Source: Planctomycetaceae bacterium | GTDB taxonomy: Bacteria; Planctomycetota; Planctomycetia; Planctomycetales; Planctomycetaceae | DNA length: 64,000 nucleotides | Assembly (NCBI GenBank): GCA_046156195.1 | Contig: JBJXEX010000429.1 | Location: 6,882-70,881, forward strand | Direction of reading: 5' to 3' | Part shown: piece after piece, positions 44,499-55,451 of the stretch | Numbering within the stretch: the stretch's first letter is position 1 | Layout of the letters: the number at the start of each line of letters is the position of its first letter | Notes under the pieces: model-generated | What the model was told of the DNA's origin: nothing | The model's input: only the letters and a program-made list of their open reading frames with translations | Database searches by the model: none | Translations under genes and position numbers: made by a program

Positions 44499-45542
44499 CA
44501 GCAGAGCATGGGTGACAAACCATTCCTCGCCGTTGGCGTAGCCGAATAACTCGGCGACGGCGAGAAAGAACATTCGCCAGCGATGGAACCAACGGCGAGC
44601 CTCCGCCCGGCCGTAGCACGATTCGAGAATCGGCATGACCTCGCGCCGCCGCTCGTCCAGATTCTTCAGCCAAGCCTCGGACGTGCGTTGATAGTGCTGG
44701 CCGTTCCAACGCCATTGCCGCGTGACCTTCAGGTGCTGGTCGAATCGCCGCAGCAGTTGCTCGCTGGGCATGATTCCGCCGGTGAAGAAGTAGCGACCCA
44801 TCCAATTGGAATCGCCAACGGTCTCGAACGGATACGCAAAGCGGCGATGACAGAAGATGTGGACGAAGAGCTTTCCCTCCGGCCGCAGCCAGCCGGAGAT
44901 TCGTTCCAGCAGCTTGGCGTAGTTTCGCATGTGCTCGAACATCTCGACCGAGACGACCCGATCGAAGTGTCGCACGCGGCTCGCGTGCGTCGGTTCAAAC
45001 TCATTCATATCCGCCGTGATGATCTGCAAATTCGTCAGCCCGCGAGCCGCCGCCTCGGCCTCAATAAATCGCCTCTGCGGCGCGGAGTTCGACACGGCCG
45101 TGATGCGGCTGAGCGGATATCGCTCGGCCATCCACAGCGAGAGCGAACCCCAGCCGCAGCCGAGTTCCAGGATGTCTTGGTCATCAGCGAGTTGTGCTCG
45201 CTCGCAAGTGATCGCCAGCGCGGCGTCTTCCGCATCGGCCAGCGAGGAGGACTCGTCCGGAAAGTAACACGAACTGTATTTGCGGCGCGGGCCAAGCACT
45301 GCGGAGAAGAACTCCGGAGGCAGTTCGTAGTGCTGCTCGTTGGCCTTGTCGGGAACGGGAGCGACCGGCCCGGCGATCATCATGGCAACGAACGCTTGCA
45401 GCGCCCGTTCGTTCGCGATGTCGTTGCCGCGATCCGAGTCTCGCAAGCGTTGTTCGCAGAGTCGTCGAATGGCCGAGCGAGTAAGGGCATCGGGAATCAG
45501 GCCGCGCTCGACAGCGTCGAGGCTTAGGGACAACAGGCTCAT
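44472..45542 (-). CDS. cfa: Cyclopropane-fatty-acyl-phospholipid synthase-family SAM-dependent methyltransferase
   Basis: Track ORF 44472..45743; ATG 45542 begins MSLLSLSLDAVERGLIPD. Motifs: HYELPPEFF, ILELGCGWGSL (SAM motif I), SVEMFEHM, YFFTGGIMPS. Confidence 0.8.
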   Translation of the reverse strand: MSLLSLSLDAVERGLIPDALTRSAIRRLCEQRLRDSDRGNDIANERALQAFVAMMIAGPVAPVPDKANEQHYELPPEFFSAVLGPRRKYSSCYFPDESSSLADAEDAALAITCERAQLADDQDILELGCGWGSLSLWMAERYPLSRITAVSNSAPQRRFIEAEAAARGLTNLQIITADMNEFEPTHASRVRHFDRVVSVEMFEHMRNYAKLLERISGWLRPEGKLFVHIFCHRRFAYPFETVGDSNWMGRYFFTGGIMPSEQLLRRFDQHLKVTRQWRWNGQHYQRTSEAWLKNLDERRREVMPILESCYGRAEARRWFHRWRMFFLAVAELFGYANGEEWFVTHALLERHGASRR

Positions 45543-45898
45543 GCGGGGGCTTTCGCGGAGGGGACGAGGGGTCGGGGGCGTGAATTTCAGAGGGGTGTTA
45601 CCGGACTTCCGGCTGGCGAGATTGATCGAAACGGGTGGTGACAAAGAGGTGCCTCTTTGGGAACGACACGAGTTGTAAGGCGGATCGTGGGATTCCTGGC
45701 TAACAGGCTCGGAAATGGTCACTGATTCGCGGATGGAACTCAATCGGGACGGTGTTCGGTGAATCGGAGGTCACCACCGTTTTCCGGCAAAATCCTGGCG
45801 CGGGTCGCTTGGGTTTTTCGTGGCAGCCGTTATGACACGCGACCCGAAATTTGACAGCAGTCGCGGACGAGACCGCCGACTGGGAGACGTGCGAGATT

Positions 45899-47572
<1,674 letters not shown>

Positions 47573-47585
47573 GTTGGGAGCTTGT

Positions 47586-47669
47586 GAAGATTTGGAGCCG
47601 CGACCGTGAGGGAGCGGTTGCTTCTCAGGACGTAAGGCCGCTCCCTCACGGTTGCGGCTCCAAGTCTTC
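47586..47669. terminator. 32-bp-stem hairpin between the convergent ettA and pcm genes
   Basis: gaagatttggagccgcgaccgtgagggagcgg (47586-47617) against ccgctccctcacggttgcggctccaagtcttc (47638-47669), with 2 mismatches and a 20-nt loop. Confidence 0.55.
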
Positions 47670-47699
47670 GGTGGCTCGGGGCGTGGGAACGCGATTGAA

Positions 47700-48911
47700 C
47701 TATCGCGGCTTGGGGCGGAAGCGGATGTCGTCGATATCCAAGCGGCCGGTTGCGCCGTTGAGGCCGATGCGAATGATCGCTTCTCGCGCTTCCTTCGGCA
47801 CGGGGATCGTCGTGCCGACCAGCTCCCAGTCGGACTCGCGCAGCCACGGGCCGATGGCTTGCGTGTCGATTTCTTTGCGGAGCTGATCGTAGAAATGCAC
47901 CACGAGCAGCGGCTTGGCAATCGGTTCACTGCCGGGGCGGATGTCTTTGACTCGGACTTGCAGGCTGATCGCGACCGAGCCGATCTTGCGGCCGTCAATC
48001 GCCATGCCTTGTAACGCTTGGGCGAGTCGGCCGGGGTCCGTGTTCTCCATTCGCAGGAAGACTTTGCCGTCCGGCGGTTCGGTGGTCAGCAACTCCGTCA
48101 GTCGTTGGTAATGCCAACTGTCGGGGAGGCAGTCTTTGTTTTCGTCGGTCTCAAAGCTGGCGTTGAGCAGTCGCGGATGGAGCGGATCGGGGAGCGACTC
48201 GCGCAGGTCTTCCGACTTGCCGGTCATCGGCACGAAGAGGGTCGGGATCAGCCGCTTCTGTTCGAGCTTGCCCGCTTTCTTCTCGAATAGATGAAACGCC
48301 TGCTGATACCGCTCACCCAACGGGATCAGCAGCTTGCCCCCTTCTTTGAGTTGCTGGACGAGTGGCACTGGGACGTTTTCCGGCGAGCAGGTCACGATGA
48401 TCTTGTCGAACGGCGCGTGTTCGGGCCAACCGAGGTATCCGTCACCGACTTTGCAGAAGACGTTTTTGTAGTCGAGCTTCTTAAGCCGCCTCTCCGCCTC
48501 TTTGCCGAGCGGTTCGACGATCTCGATGGTGTAGACCTCTTTGACCAGTCCGCTGAGTACCGCCGCTTGATAGCCGCTGCCGGTACCGATTTCCAAAACG
48601 ACGTCGGTCTCTTTCGGCTCGATGGTCTCGGTCATGTAGGCGACGACGAACGGCGGCGAGATCGTCTGCTGATTGCCGATGGGCAACGCCGCGTCGTGAT
48701 AGGCTTCCTTCAGCAAGCCCGCCCGCACGAACTCATGCCGAGGGACGGTTCGCATCGCATCGAGCACTCGCGGGTCTTTGATCCCTTCCCGCTCGATGCA
48801 CTCTTTGACCATGCGATGCCGAGTGTCGCGGAACTTGTCTGAGGATTGTGCGAACAACATTGACGAAAGCAGGCCGAGCAGACTCAGCGAGAGCCATTGG
48901 GAGCGCCACAT
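47700..48911 (-). CDS. pcm: Protein-L-isoaspartate O-methyltransferase with an N-terminal signal peptide and a ~170-aa C-terminal extension
   Basis: MWRSQWLSLSLLGLLSSMLFAQS (signal-like). PIMT core: VPRHEFV, IGNQQTISPPFVVAYM, VLEIGTGSGYQAAVL, GDGYLGWPEHAPFDKIIVT. The extra C-terminal domain ends ...RLDIDDIRFRPKPR. Confidence 0.8.
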   Translation of the reverse strand: MWRSQWLSLSLLGLLSSMLFAQSSDKFRDTRHRMVKECIEREGIKDPRVLDAMRTVPRHEFVRAGLLKEAYHDAALPIGNQQTISPPFVVAYMTETIEPKETDVVLEIGTGSGYQAAVLSGLVKEVYTIEIVEPLGKEAERRLKKLDYKNVFCKVGDGYLGWPEHAPFDKIIVTCSPENVPVPLVQQLKEGGKLLIPLGERYQQAFHLFEKKAGKLEQKRLIPTLFVPMTGKSEDLRESLPDPLHPRLLNASFETDENKDCLPDSWHYQRLTELLTTEPPDGKVFLRMENTDPGRLAQALQGMAIDGRKIGSVAISLQVRVKDIRPGSEPIAKPLLVVHFYDQLRKEIDTQAIGPWLRESDWELVGTTIPVPKEAREAIIRIGLNGATGRLDIDDIRFRPKPR

Positions 48912-48944
48912 GGTTCTGTCCCGTTTCCTCAGGTTGCGGGGAAC

Positions 48945-49038
48945 GGGGTCGGGTGTGCGAATTTCAGATTTCGCCGCCAGCGACTATCCACTTCCTGAGC
49001 CGTCATCGGCGAAATCTGAAATTCGCGCACCCGACCCC
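48945..49038 (-). terminator. 32-bp-stem hairpin 8 nt downstream of the S1-protein stop
   Basis: ggggtcgggtgtgcgaatttcagatttcgccg (48945-48976) against cggcgaaatctgaaattcgcgcacccgacccc (49007-49038), with 1 mismatch and a 30-nt loop. Confidence 0.55.
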
Positions 49039-49045
49039 TCGTTGA

Positions 49046-50584
49046 TTACTTGAAGTCGGACGGATTTCCGAACAAGCCGCCTCGGCGGGGTTCCTCTCGC
49101 TCGCGGCCCCCCTTGAGCGGTGTCTTCCGCTTGGGCGGCGGAGCACTCGGTTCGGCTGAGGCCTCTTCGGGGGGCGGCGGCGGTGCTTCCGGCTTGGCTT
49201 TGAGCGACTTCAGAGAGAGTCCGATGCGGTGCTTGACTGGATCGACGTCGCGAACTTGCAGCTCCAATTCCTGGCCGATGGCGACGACGTCTGCGACGCG
49301 AGCGACTCGCTTGTAGTCCAGCTCGCTGATGTGAACCATGCCCTCCAGCCCCGGCTCCAGCTCCACGAAGGCTCCGAAGTCCGTCAACCGCGTGACCCTT
49401 CCAGTCACTTTCTCGCCGATGCCGTACTTGGTCGCCGCCGTCTCCCACGGGCTGTGACTAAGCTCCTTGACGCTCAGTCCAATTTTCTTTTTGTCTTCGC
49501 TGATCGAGATGACTTTGACCTTCACCGCCTGACCTTCGGCGAGCACCTCTTTGGGATGCTTGATGTGCTGCCAGCTCATCTGGCCGATGTGGACGAAGCC
49601 ATCCAGTCCGCCCAGGTCCACGAACGCTCCGTAATCCTTGATCGTCTTGACGGTGCCGTCGAGCGTTTGGCCGATCTCCAGCGTGGCGAGGATTCTTTGT
49701 TCCGCTTCCACGCGTTCTTCGAGCAGCAACGCGCGGCGGCTGACGATCAGGTTTCGCTTGGCCTTGTTGGCTTCGAGAATCTTGACCGTCAATTTTTGAC
49801 CGACGAACGATTCCAGATTCTCGACGAAGTGCAGAGCCACTTGCCCCGACGGCATGAAGCCGCGCAGTGAGCCGACGTTGACTTCCAATCCCCCCTTGTT
49901 GGTTTTCGTCACCGTGCAATCGACGACCAGTCCGATTTGCACCGCGTCCCAATTACCTTGGACCTTCTGTCGCCCGCCAGGGAGGCTGACGTGAATCAGA
50001 CCTTCGTCGGGGCTGACCTTGTTTACGGTGACGGTCAATTCGGTTCCGACGGGCGGAACTTCTTTCCCTTCGAACTGCTTGAGCGGCAGGATGCCCTGCG
50101 AACGAAAGCCGAGGTCCAGGAACATATCTTCGCCGTGCAGCAGCGCGACCTTGCCCTTGAGCCGCTTGCCTTGCGTGAGTGTGTCTTCGGGCGGCGTGTC
50201 CGTGATCGGAGCCGTGACGTTGCCGACTGCTCCCACGGAGGAAGTTGAATCGCCGCCACCCATCGCCGCGTTGATCTCGGCTTCCAAGTCGGCATCGAGT
50301 TCTTGCTCGATCGGCATTTCGACGGTGCTTGTCTGTCGCAGCATCGGCGAATCTTGTGTTGAGAGATCGCGCATCGGCCGAGCTTCGCGTTCCGCTTCAG
50401 CGTCGATGTCTCGGCCCCGTTCCAGCTTCGCGGGATCGACCGAGCCAATCGCCTTGAACTCCGCGGTGCCGGTGGGGTTGAGCGTGACTCGGCGAGTTGC
50501 CTCTTCCGCAGGCGGATTGGTCTCCGCAATCGAGTCAGTGGTCACGGTGGGATCGACGGTGGAGAGAGAGGGATCAGACGACAT
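49046..50584 (-). CDS. rpsA: 30S ribosomal protein S1-like protein (four S1 OB-fold repeats, acidic N-terminal and basic/Pro-rich C-terminal extensions)
   Basis: Track ORF 49046..50929; ATG 50584 begins [10 protein letters not shown]. Upstream codons would overlap the divergent CoA-binding gene's region. S1 repeats start at [25 protein letters not shown] and IGEKVTGRV, with DYGAFVDL / DFGAFVEL motifs. Confidence 0.7.
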   Translation of the reverse strand: MSSDPSLSTVDPTVTTDSIAETNPPAEEATRRVTLNPTGTAEFKAIGSVDPAKLERGRDIDAEAEREARPMRDLSTQDSPMLRQTSTVEMPIEQELDADLEAEINAAMGGGDSTSSVGAVGNVTAPITDTPPEDTLTQGKRLKGKVALLHGEDMFLDLGFRSQGILPLKQFEGKEVPPVGTELTVTVNKVSPDEGLIHVSLPGGRQKVQGNWDAVQIGLVVDCTVTKTNKGGLEVNVGSLRGFMPSGQVALHFVENLESFVGQKLTVKILEANKAKRNLIVSRRALLLEERVEAEQRILATLEIGQTLDGTVKTIKDYGAFVDLGGLDGFVHIGQMSWQHIKHPKEVLAEGQAVKVKVISISEDKKKIGLSVKELSHSPWETAATKYGIGEKVTGRVTRLTDFGAFVELEPGLEGMVHISELDYKRVARVADVVAIGQELELQVRDVDPVKHRIGLSLKSLKAKPEAPPPPPEEASAEPSAPPPKRKTPLKGGREREEPRRGGLFGNPSDFK

Positions 50585-50825
50585 TCGCGAAGCATCCTGA
50601 AACACAACCAACCACAAGTTCGCGAGCACTGCGAACGATTCGCGACCGCTTGGTTGACGCAGCCGAAACTGGGGCGAGAGCATATCGGCGCGTAATTCAA
50701 TCGCAATGCTCCCAACGTCATCCGTTGGCCACGAGGCTCCGATTATTTCTGCCACTTTCATTCTTCGGACTCTTTCATTCGCAATCGAGTCACATCCACC
50801 GAGTCCATCAGACCAGGAGTTCCCC

Positions 50826-51200
50826 ATGCCGACCGTGGCCGTTCTAGGAGCCAGTCGTGATCGCAATAAGTACGGCAACAGGTCGGTGCGTGCCCATGCG
50901 CGAGCCGGCTGGCAAGTCTTCCCGATCAATCCGCGAGCGGACGAGATCGAAGGTCATCGAGCGTATGACTCGCTGCGAGACCTCACGATCCGGCCGATCG
51001 ATCGGGTGAGTGTTTATCTGCCACCGGAAATTGGAATCACCCTGTTGGACGAGATCGCCGCCTGTCAGCCACGAGAAGTCTGGCTCAATCCCGGCAGCGA
51101 AAGCGATGAGTTGATCACGGCAGCGGAGCGACTCGGCTTGTCAGTCGTCTGCGCGTGCAGCATCGTTGACGTTGGCGCGTCGAGCCGCGACCGAAACTAG
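50826..51200 (+). CDS. CoA-binding domain protein (YccU/YneT-like)
   Basis: Track ORF 50706..51200. ATG 50826 lies 6 nt after AGGAG. Sequence: [47 protein letters not shown]. Confidence 0.75.
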   Translation: MPTVAVLGASRDRNKYGNRSVRAHARAGWQVFPINPRADEIEGHRAYDSLRDLTIRPIDRVSVYLPPEIGITLLDEIAACQPREVWLNPGSESDELITAAERLGLSVVCACSIVDVGASSRDRN

Positions 51201-51305
51201 CCAGTCATTCAGGGCGTCAGTACCATGCCCCGCGCTTGATCGAAGCGGAAATCGAAGTCTGGAAGACGCGCTTGAGCGCGACCAAAGACGGGTGAGTAGT
51301 AGCCA

Positions 51306-53180
51306 ATGATGCGACGTCAGGAGAATGGGTCGGAACGAACGCGCTGGTTCAGGCGGATCGTCGGCAGTGCGCTGCTGATCTTCGTCGTGGCCCATGTTTC
51401 GTTCGCGCAACAGGCTCCCGCGAATAGCTCGACCTCTGGGACGACCGCCACTCCCGCGCCGGCGGGACCGAGGGTTGCCGATCCAAATAAGTTTCCGCCG
51501 ACTCCCACCCCTTTCTTTCGTGGCAATCAACCGATTGAACTGAGTCGCATCGGTGCTCCGCAGGTTGGCTTCTATCTCAATCTGTGGCGATTCGTGCCGT
51601 TTCTCGGTTTGTTCTTCGGCTGGGTCTGGCTGGGGAAATGGGTCAACGAAGACAGCAACTCACTGAAGGTCAACAGCGAGTTCTGGAACTCGGCCCTCTT
51701 CGCGGGGGGCTTCGCGTCGATGCTGACGGGCATGGCGATGGCTCCGTTCGCGCTAGGCTTCTTTCTGTGTCTGGCACTACAAGGTTTGCCTCTGGGCTTA
51801 TATATCCGCGAGCGAAATGCTTGCGTGCCAGAATCGGCTCGGCTGCTGACCCCCAAGCATATCAAGAGCGTCGCATTTCGATTGGCGGCGCGGCTGGGAC
51901 TCTCGATCGGTGGCAAGAAATTCAAACAGCAATTGCTCGGCCCGGACATCGAGTTCGTCGGCAAGACTTCCACCGGTCGTCGCGACACCAGCCGGACATC
52001 GCAGGTCGAGAACTCGCGCGGGTTTCTCGCCGCGAAGGAACTGGTTTACGACGCGCTCATCAAACGTGCGACGGACATTCATCTCGAACCCAAAGAGGAC
52101 GAACTGCAAGTCCGGCTCCGCGTCGATGGTGTGATGTACGCCGTCGAGCCGTTCGATCGAGCACTGGGCGACAACGTCGTCAACATCTTCAAGATCCTCG
52201 CCGCGATGGATATCACCGAGAAACGCAAGTCGCTCGACGGCAGCTTCCGAGCCATCACAGGTGGTCGCGAAATCGACTTCCGCGTCGCCACCCAAGGGAC
52301 GCGCGACGGCGAGAAGATGACGCTCCGTATCCTCGACCAATCCAATTCGGTCAGCACGCTCAACGACCTCGGCTTCCGCAAGCAACTCGAAGAGCAACTC
52401 AAGGAAGTCGTGCATCAGCCGCATGGCCTGCTGTTGGTCTGCGGCCCGACCGGGGCCGGCAAATCGACGACGCTCTATGCCTGCCTCAATGACATCGACT
52501 CTTATCAGCAGAACATTATCACGATCGAAGACCCCGTCGAATATAAGATGGCGAACGTGACACAGATCGAGATCAACACGAAGGCCGGCCAGACATTCGC
52601 GAACTCGCTGCGCAGCGTCCTGCGACAAGACCCGGACATCGTGATGATCGGCGAAATTCGCGACGGCGAAACGGCGAACATCTCCTGCCAAGCGGCCAAC
52701 ACCGGCCACATGGTCTTCTCGACGGTTCACGCCAACGACGCGATCACCGCGCTCTACCGCATGATCGACCTGGGCGTGGACGTGTCGATGCTGTCGAGTT
52801 CCCTGAGCGCGATCCTGGCTCAACGATTGGCTCGGCGACTCTGCTCGGACTGCAAAGAGTCCTACGTCCCCAAGCCGGAGTTCTTGAAAAAGGCCAATCT
52901 CCCCGCCGAAAAGATCGAGAAGCTCTATCGCCCTCCGAAAGAAGGGGAGAACGCCGCCTGCCCCACCTGCGGCGGCATGGGCTATCGCGGCCGAGTCGGC
53001 GTCTACGAGTTGCTCGTCATCACCGATCGCATGCGTGACTTGATCCGCGACAAGGCCGCGCTCTCCGTCTTGAAGGCGGAAGCTCGCAAAGGCGGAATGC
53101 TCTACATGCAGGAAGAGGGGCTCCGACTGGTGGTGAAGGGGATCACGTCGATTGACGAGTTGCTACGCGTGGTGAAATAG
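51306..53180 (+). CDS. GspE/PilB-family (type II/IV secretion) hexameric ATPase with an atypical membrane-embedded N-terminal region
   Basis: The C-terminal two thirds are canonical: TDIHLEP, LRVDGV, SLDGSFR, Walker A GPTGAGKSTTL, IITIEDPVEY, Walker B-region IVMIGEIRD, GHMVFSTVHAND, and tetracysteine CSDC...CPTCGG. The first ~200 aa carry a signal-like segment (IVGSALLIFVVAHVSFA), a Pro/Thr-rich stretch and about 3 hydrophobic helices (FYLNLWRFVPFLGLFFGWVWLGKWV; ALFAGGFASMLTGMAMAPFALGFFLCLALQGLPLGLYI). Confidence 0.85.
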   Translation: MMRRQENGSERTRWFRRIVGSALLIFVVAHVSFAQQAPANSSTSGTTATPAPAGPRVADPNKFPPTPTPFFRGNQPIELSRIGAPQVGFYLNLWRFVPFLGLFFGWVWLGKWVNEDSNSLKVNSEFWNSALFAGGFASMLTGMAMAPFALGFFLCLALQGLPLGLYIRERNACVPESARLLTPKHIKSVAFRLAARLGLSIGGKKFKQQLLGPDIEFVGKTSTGRRDTSRTSQVENSRGFLAAKELVYDALIKRATDIHLEPKEDELQVRLRVDGVMYAVEPFDRALGDNVVNIFKILAAMDITEKRKSLDGSFRAITGGREIDFRVATQGTRDGEKMTLRILDQSNSVSTLNDLGFRKQLEEQLKEVVHQPHGLLLVCGPTGAGKSTTLYACLNDIDSYQQNIITIEDPVEYKMANVTQIEINTKAGQTFANSLRSVLRQDPDIVMIGEIRDGETANISCQAANTGHMVFSTVHANDAITALYRMIDLGVDVSMLSSSLSAILAQRLARRLCSDCKESYVPKPEFLKKANLPAEKIEKLYRPPKEGENAACPTCGGMGYRGRVGVYELLVITDRMRDLIRDKAALSVLKAEARKGGMLYMQEEGLRLVVKGITSIDELLRVVK

Positions 53181-53328
53181 ACTGCGGATGACGAATTGCA
53201 GATTGCAGATTGGACGGCAGAGGAGGCAGCCTCTTGGTCGTCACCTCCTCCGCCGTGTCCGTCAATCTGCCATTTGCCATCTTTTTATCTGCCATCTGCA
53301 AAGTCCTCCCAAAGTTGAAAGCCCAACC

Positions 53329-54015
53329 ATGATTGAAGTCCTACTGCTGCTGATTTTCGCCGGAGTGACCTACTCGGTCGCCGGTGAAGGGGCTTGGGGT
53401 GCCGCGATCACTTGCGTCAGCACGATTCTGGCTGGCTTGATCGCATTGAACTTTTTCGAGCCGATCTGCAACAGCCTGCTCGGATCGAACTATTACTGGC
53501 AGGCGCGGCTCGACCTGATCGTGCTGGTGGGACTGTTCGCCGCCGCCGTGGCCGGTCTGCGAGCGGGGGCGGACTATTTTTCGCCCGTTTATATTGGCGT
53601 GCATCGCATGGTTCACGAAGTCGCGCGCTGGGGCTGCGGCTTGCTGGCTGGCTATGTGACGATGGCGTTTCTGCTGACCGCCTTGCATACCGCGCCGCTG
53701 GGCCGCGAGTTCATCGGCTTCAAACCCGAACGTCCCAATTTCTTCGGCCTGTCTCCTGATCGGCAATGGCTGGGCTTCATGCAATGGACCACCGAGCGAG
53801 TCTTTTGCCAATCTCCCGCGCGGATCTTTGATGGCCCTGTCGTCGCACTGGGCGATCAGAAAGCCGAACCCAAACCGGTTCCGAACACCGTCTGGCCCTC
53901 GTTTCCCATTCGCTACGCCACGCGGCGCGAACGAGGCGCGGGAATGGCCGCCACCGCTACGCAGACTCCCATTCGACCGGTCGCGCCGCCGAAAGCGGGT
54001 GGGCCAGGGTTCTGA
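53329..54015 (+). CDS. Four-TM membrane protein, CvpA-like
   Basis: Track ORF 53188..54015. ATG 53329 begins [45 protein letters not shown]. It has four hydrophobic helices and then a soluble tail. The family assignment is tentative. Confidence 0.55.
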   Translation: MIEVLLLLIFAGVTYSVAGEGAWGAAITCVSTILAGLIALNFFEPICNSLLGSNYYWQARLDLIVLVGLFAAAVAGLRAGADYFSPVYIGVHRMVHEVARWGCGLLAGYVTMAFLLTALHTAPLGREFIGFKPERPNFFGLSPDRQWLGFMQWTTERVFCQSPARIFDGPVVALGDQKAEPKPVPNTVWPSFPIRYATRRERGAGMAATATQTPIRPVAPPKAGGPGF

Positions 54016-54059
54016 GTGTTGGTCTGAAAGGCGTCATTTTTCGAGAGGACTCTTACGCG

Positions 54060-54947
54060 ATGACATCTCGCCTCAGCACCGGCCTTCCGCAACTCGATGA
54101 GATGTTGGGTGGGGGTCTTTTGCCCGGCACACTGACGGTGGTCGTCGGGGCCACCGGTATCGGCAAGACGCAGCTTGGGCTGCAATTCGCTCATGCCGGA
54201 CGTGCGCAAGAAGGCGAATCGGGGATCGTGCTGGACCTCACCACGCGCGGCGATTCGCAGAATCAGGCCGAGTACGCGGAGCGCCTGTTCGATTGGAAAT
54301 TCCGCGAGTTCGCGACCGAAGGGATTTCTGACGTCGGCGACGTGTGGCAGCGCGAGCTTGCTCGATTCGATTATCTGCACCTGTTCCGCCGCAGCGGTCG
54401 CCGAGTCACTCAAGCCGATCTCTCCGTCGAAGAGTGGCAAGAGTGGAACGCCGAACTGGCTCGCAAGCTCGACCGTGCGGTGCAATTCTTCTACGGCAAC
54501 TTTGTGCAGGGAGTCCGCCGCTGCGTGCTCGACGGCGTCGAGCCGACCGAACGAGCCAGCGACAGCTTTCAGTTCCAAGTGATCGACTACGTCTATCACC
54601 AGATTCTGCGGAAGGACGACGACTGGGTCGCGCGCGATCTGTTCCGAGTCCACTTCCGCTCGCAAGCCGCCAACGTCGCCGCGCATCGCTATGACCATCG
54701 GGGCGTCGGCTGCGTGTTGCTTTACACGTCGCACGAAAACTTGCTCGACGACTTACTCTCCCGGCCGATTGAAAGTGGCGACGCGCTCTCGAACGCAAAC
54801 ACGATCATCCTGATGGGCAAGGTTCGCGACGGACTGCGCGTCCGCCGCGCTTTGCACATCGCCAAGCATCGCGGCAGCGCGTGCGATGACCGCATCGTGC
54901 CGTTTGAAATCACACAGCGAGGTCTCGTGATCGAACAGACTGCTTGA
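54060..54947 (+). CDS. Single-domain KaiC-like / RecA-superfamily ATPase
   Basis: [40 protein letters not shown] (KaiC/RadA-type N-terminus with Walker A). Candidate Walker B at [10 protein letters not shown]. ...[37 protein letters not shown] is typical of the KaiC-like C-terminal end. Confidence 0.75.
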   Translation: MTSRLSTGLPQLDEMLGGGLLPGTLTVVVGATGIGKTQLGLQFAHAGRAQEGESGIVLDLTTRGDSQNQAEYAERLFDWKFREFATEGISDVGDVWQRELARFDYLHLFRRSGRRVTQADLSVEEWQEWNAELARKLDRAVQFFYGNFVQGVRRCVLDGVEPTERASDSFQFQVIDYVYHQILRKDDDWVARDLFRVHFRSQAANVAAHRYDHRGVGCVLLYTSHENLLDDLLSRPIESGDALSNANTIILMGKVRDGLRVRRALHIAKHRGSACDDRIVPFEITQRGLVIEQTA

Positions 54948-55012
54948 GAACCCTCTCCCAGCGACCTACCATTCGACCGACGCACGCGAGACCACTCTCC
55001 GAGGGAGCTGCC

Positions 55013-55441
55013 ATGACGGCCGGTAAAAAGATCTTGCTGATCGAAGATGATCGGGACATCGCCACAACCTTGATGAAGGTGCTCGAAGGTGCCGACTATC
55101 TTGTGCAATGGGCTCAGAACGGTCTCGAAGGGCGACGCTTGGCCGAGACCATTTCGCCGGAACTCGTCATCACCGACATGATGATGCCCAAGATGGGGGG
55201 GTTCCCCGTTCTCGAATTCCTCAAAGGGATGGATCACCCGCCCAAGGTCATCATGATCACGGCCAACGAAGGGGGCCGGCACAAAGCCTATGCCGAGATG
55301 CTCGGCGTCGATGATTACCTCCGCAAACCGTTCGCGATGGAAGTGCTGCTGGAGGCCGTCGAGCGTTCGATCGGCCCCGCCCTTTCGCCCGAAACATCCG
55401 GTTCAGAGAAACTCCGCCGAGCGATCAAGAAGAAAACATGA
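55013..55441 (+). CDS. Stand-alone CheY-like response-regulator receiver domain
   Basis: Track ORF 54944..55441. ATG 55013 follows GAGGGAG. Sequence: [16 protein letters not shown]...[21 protein letters not shown]...VIMITA...DDYLRKPF. Confidence 0.85.
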   Translation: MTAGKKILLIEDDRDIATTLMKVLEGADYLVQWAQNGLEGRRLAETISPELVITDMMMPKMGGFPVLEFLKGMDHPPKVIMITANEGGRHKAYAEMLGVDDYLRKPFAMEVLLEAVERSIGPALSPETSGSEKLRRAIKKKT

Positions 55442-55451
55442 GCGACTTTGC

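Noticed and set aside
53195-53300. Imperfect inverted repeat (gcagattg...gaggagg / cctcctc...caatctgc) followed by cttttta, after the secretion-ATPase gene.
   Set aside because: The pairing is interrupted by several indels. If it were a strong terminator it would argue against co-transcription of the cluster, but the evidence is too weak either way.
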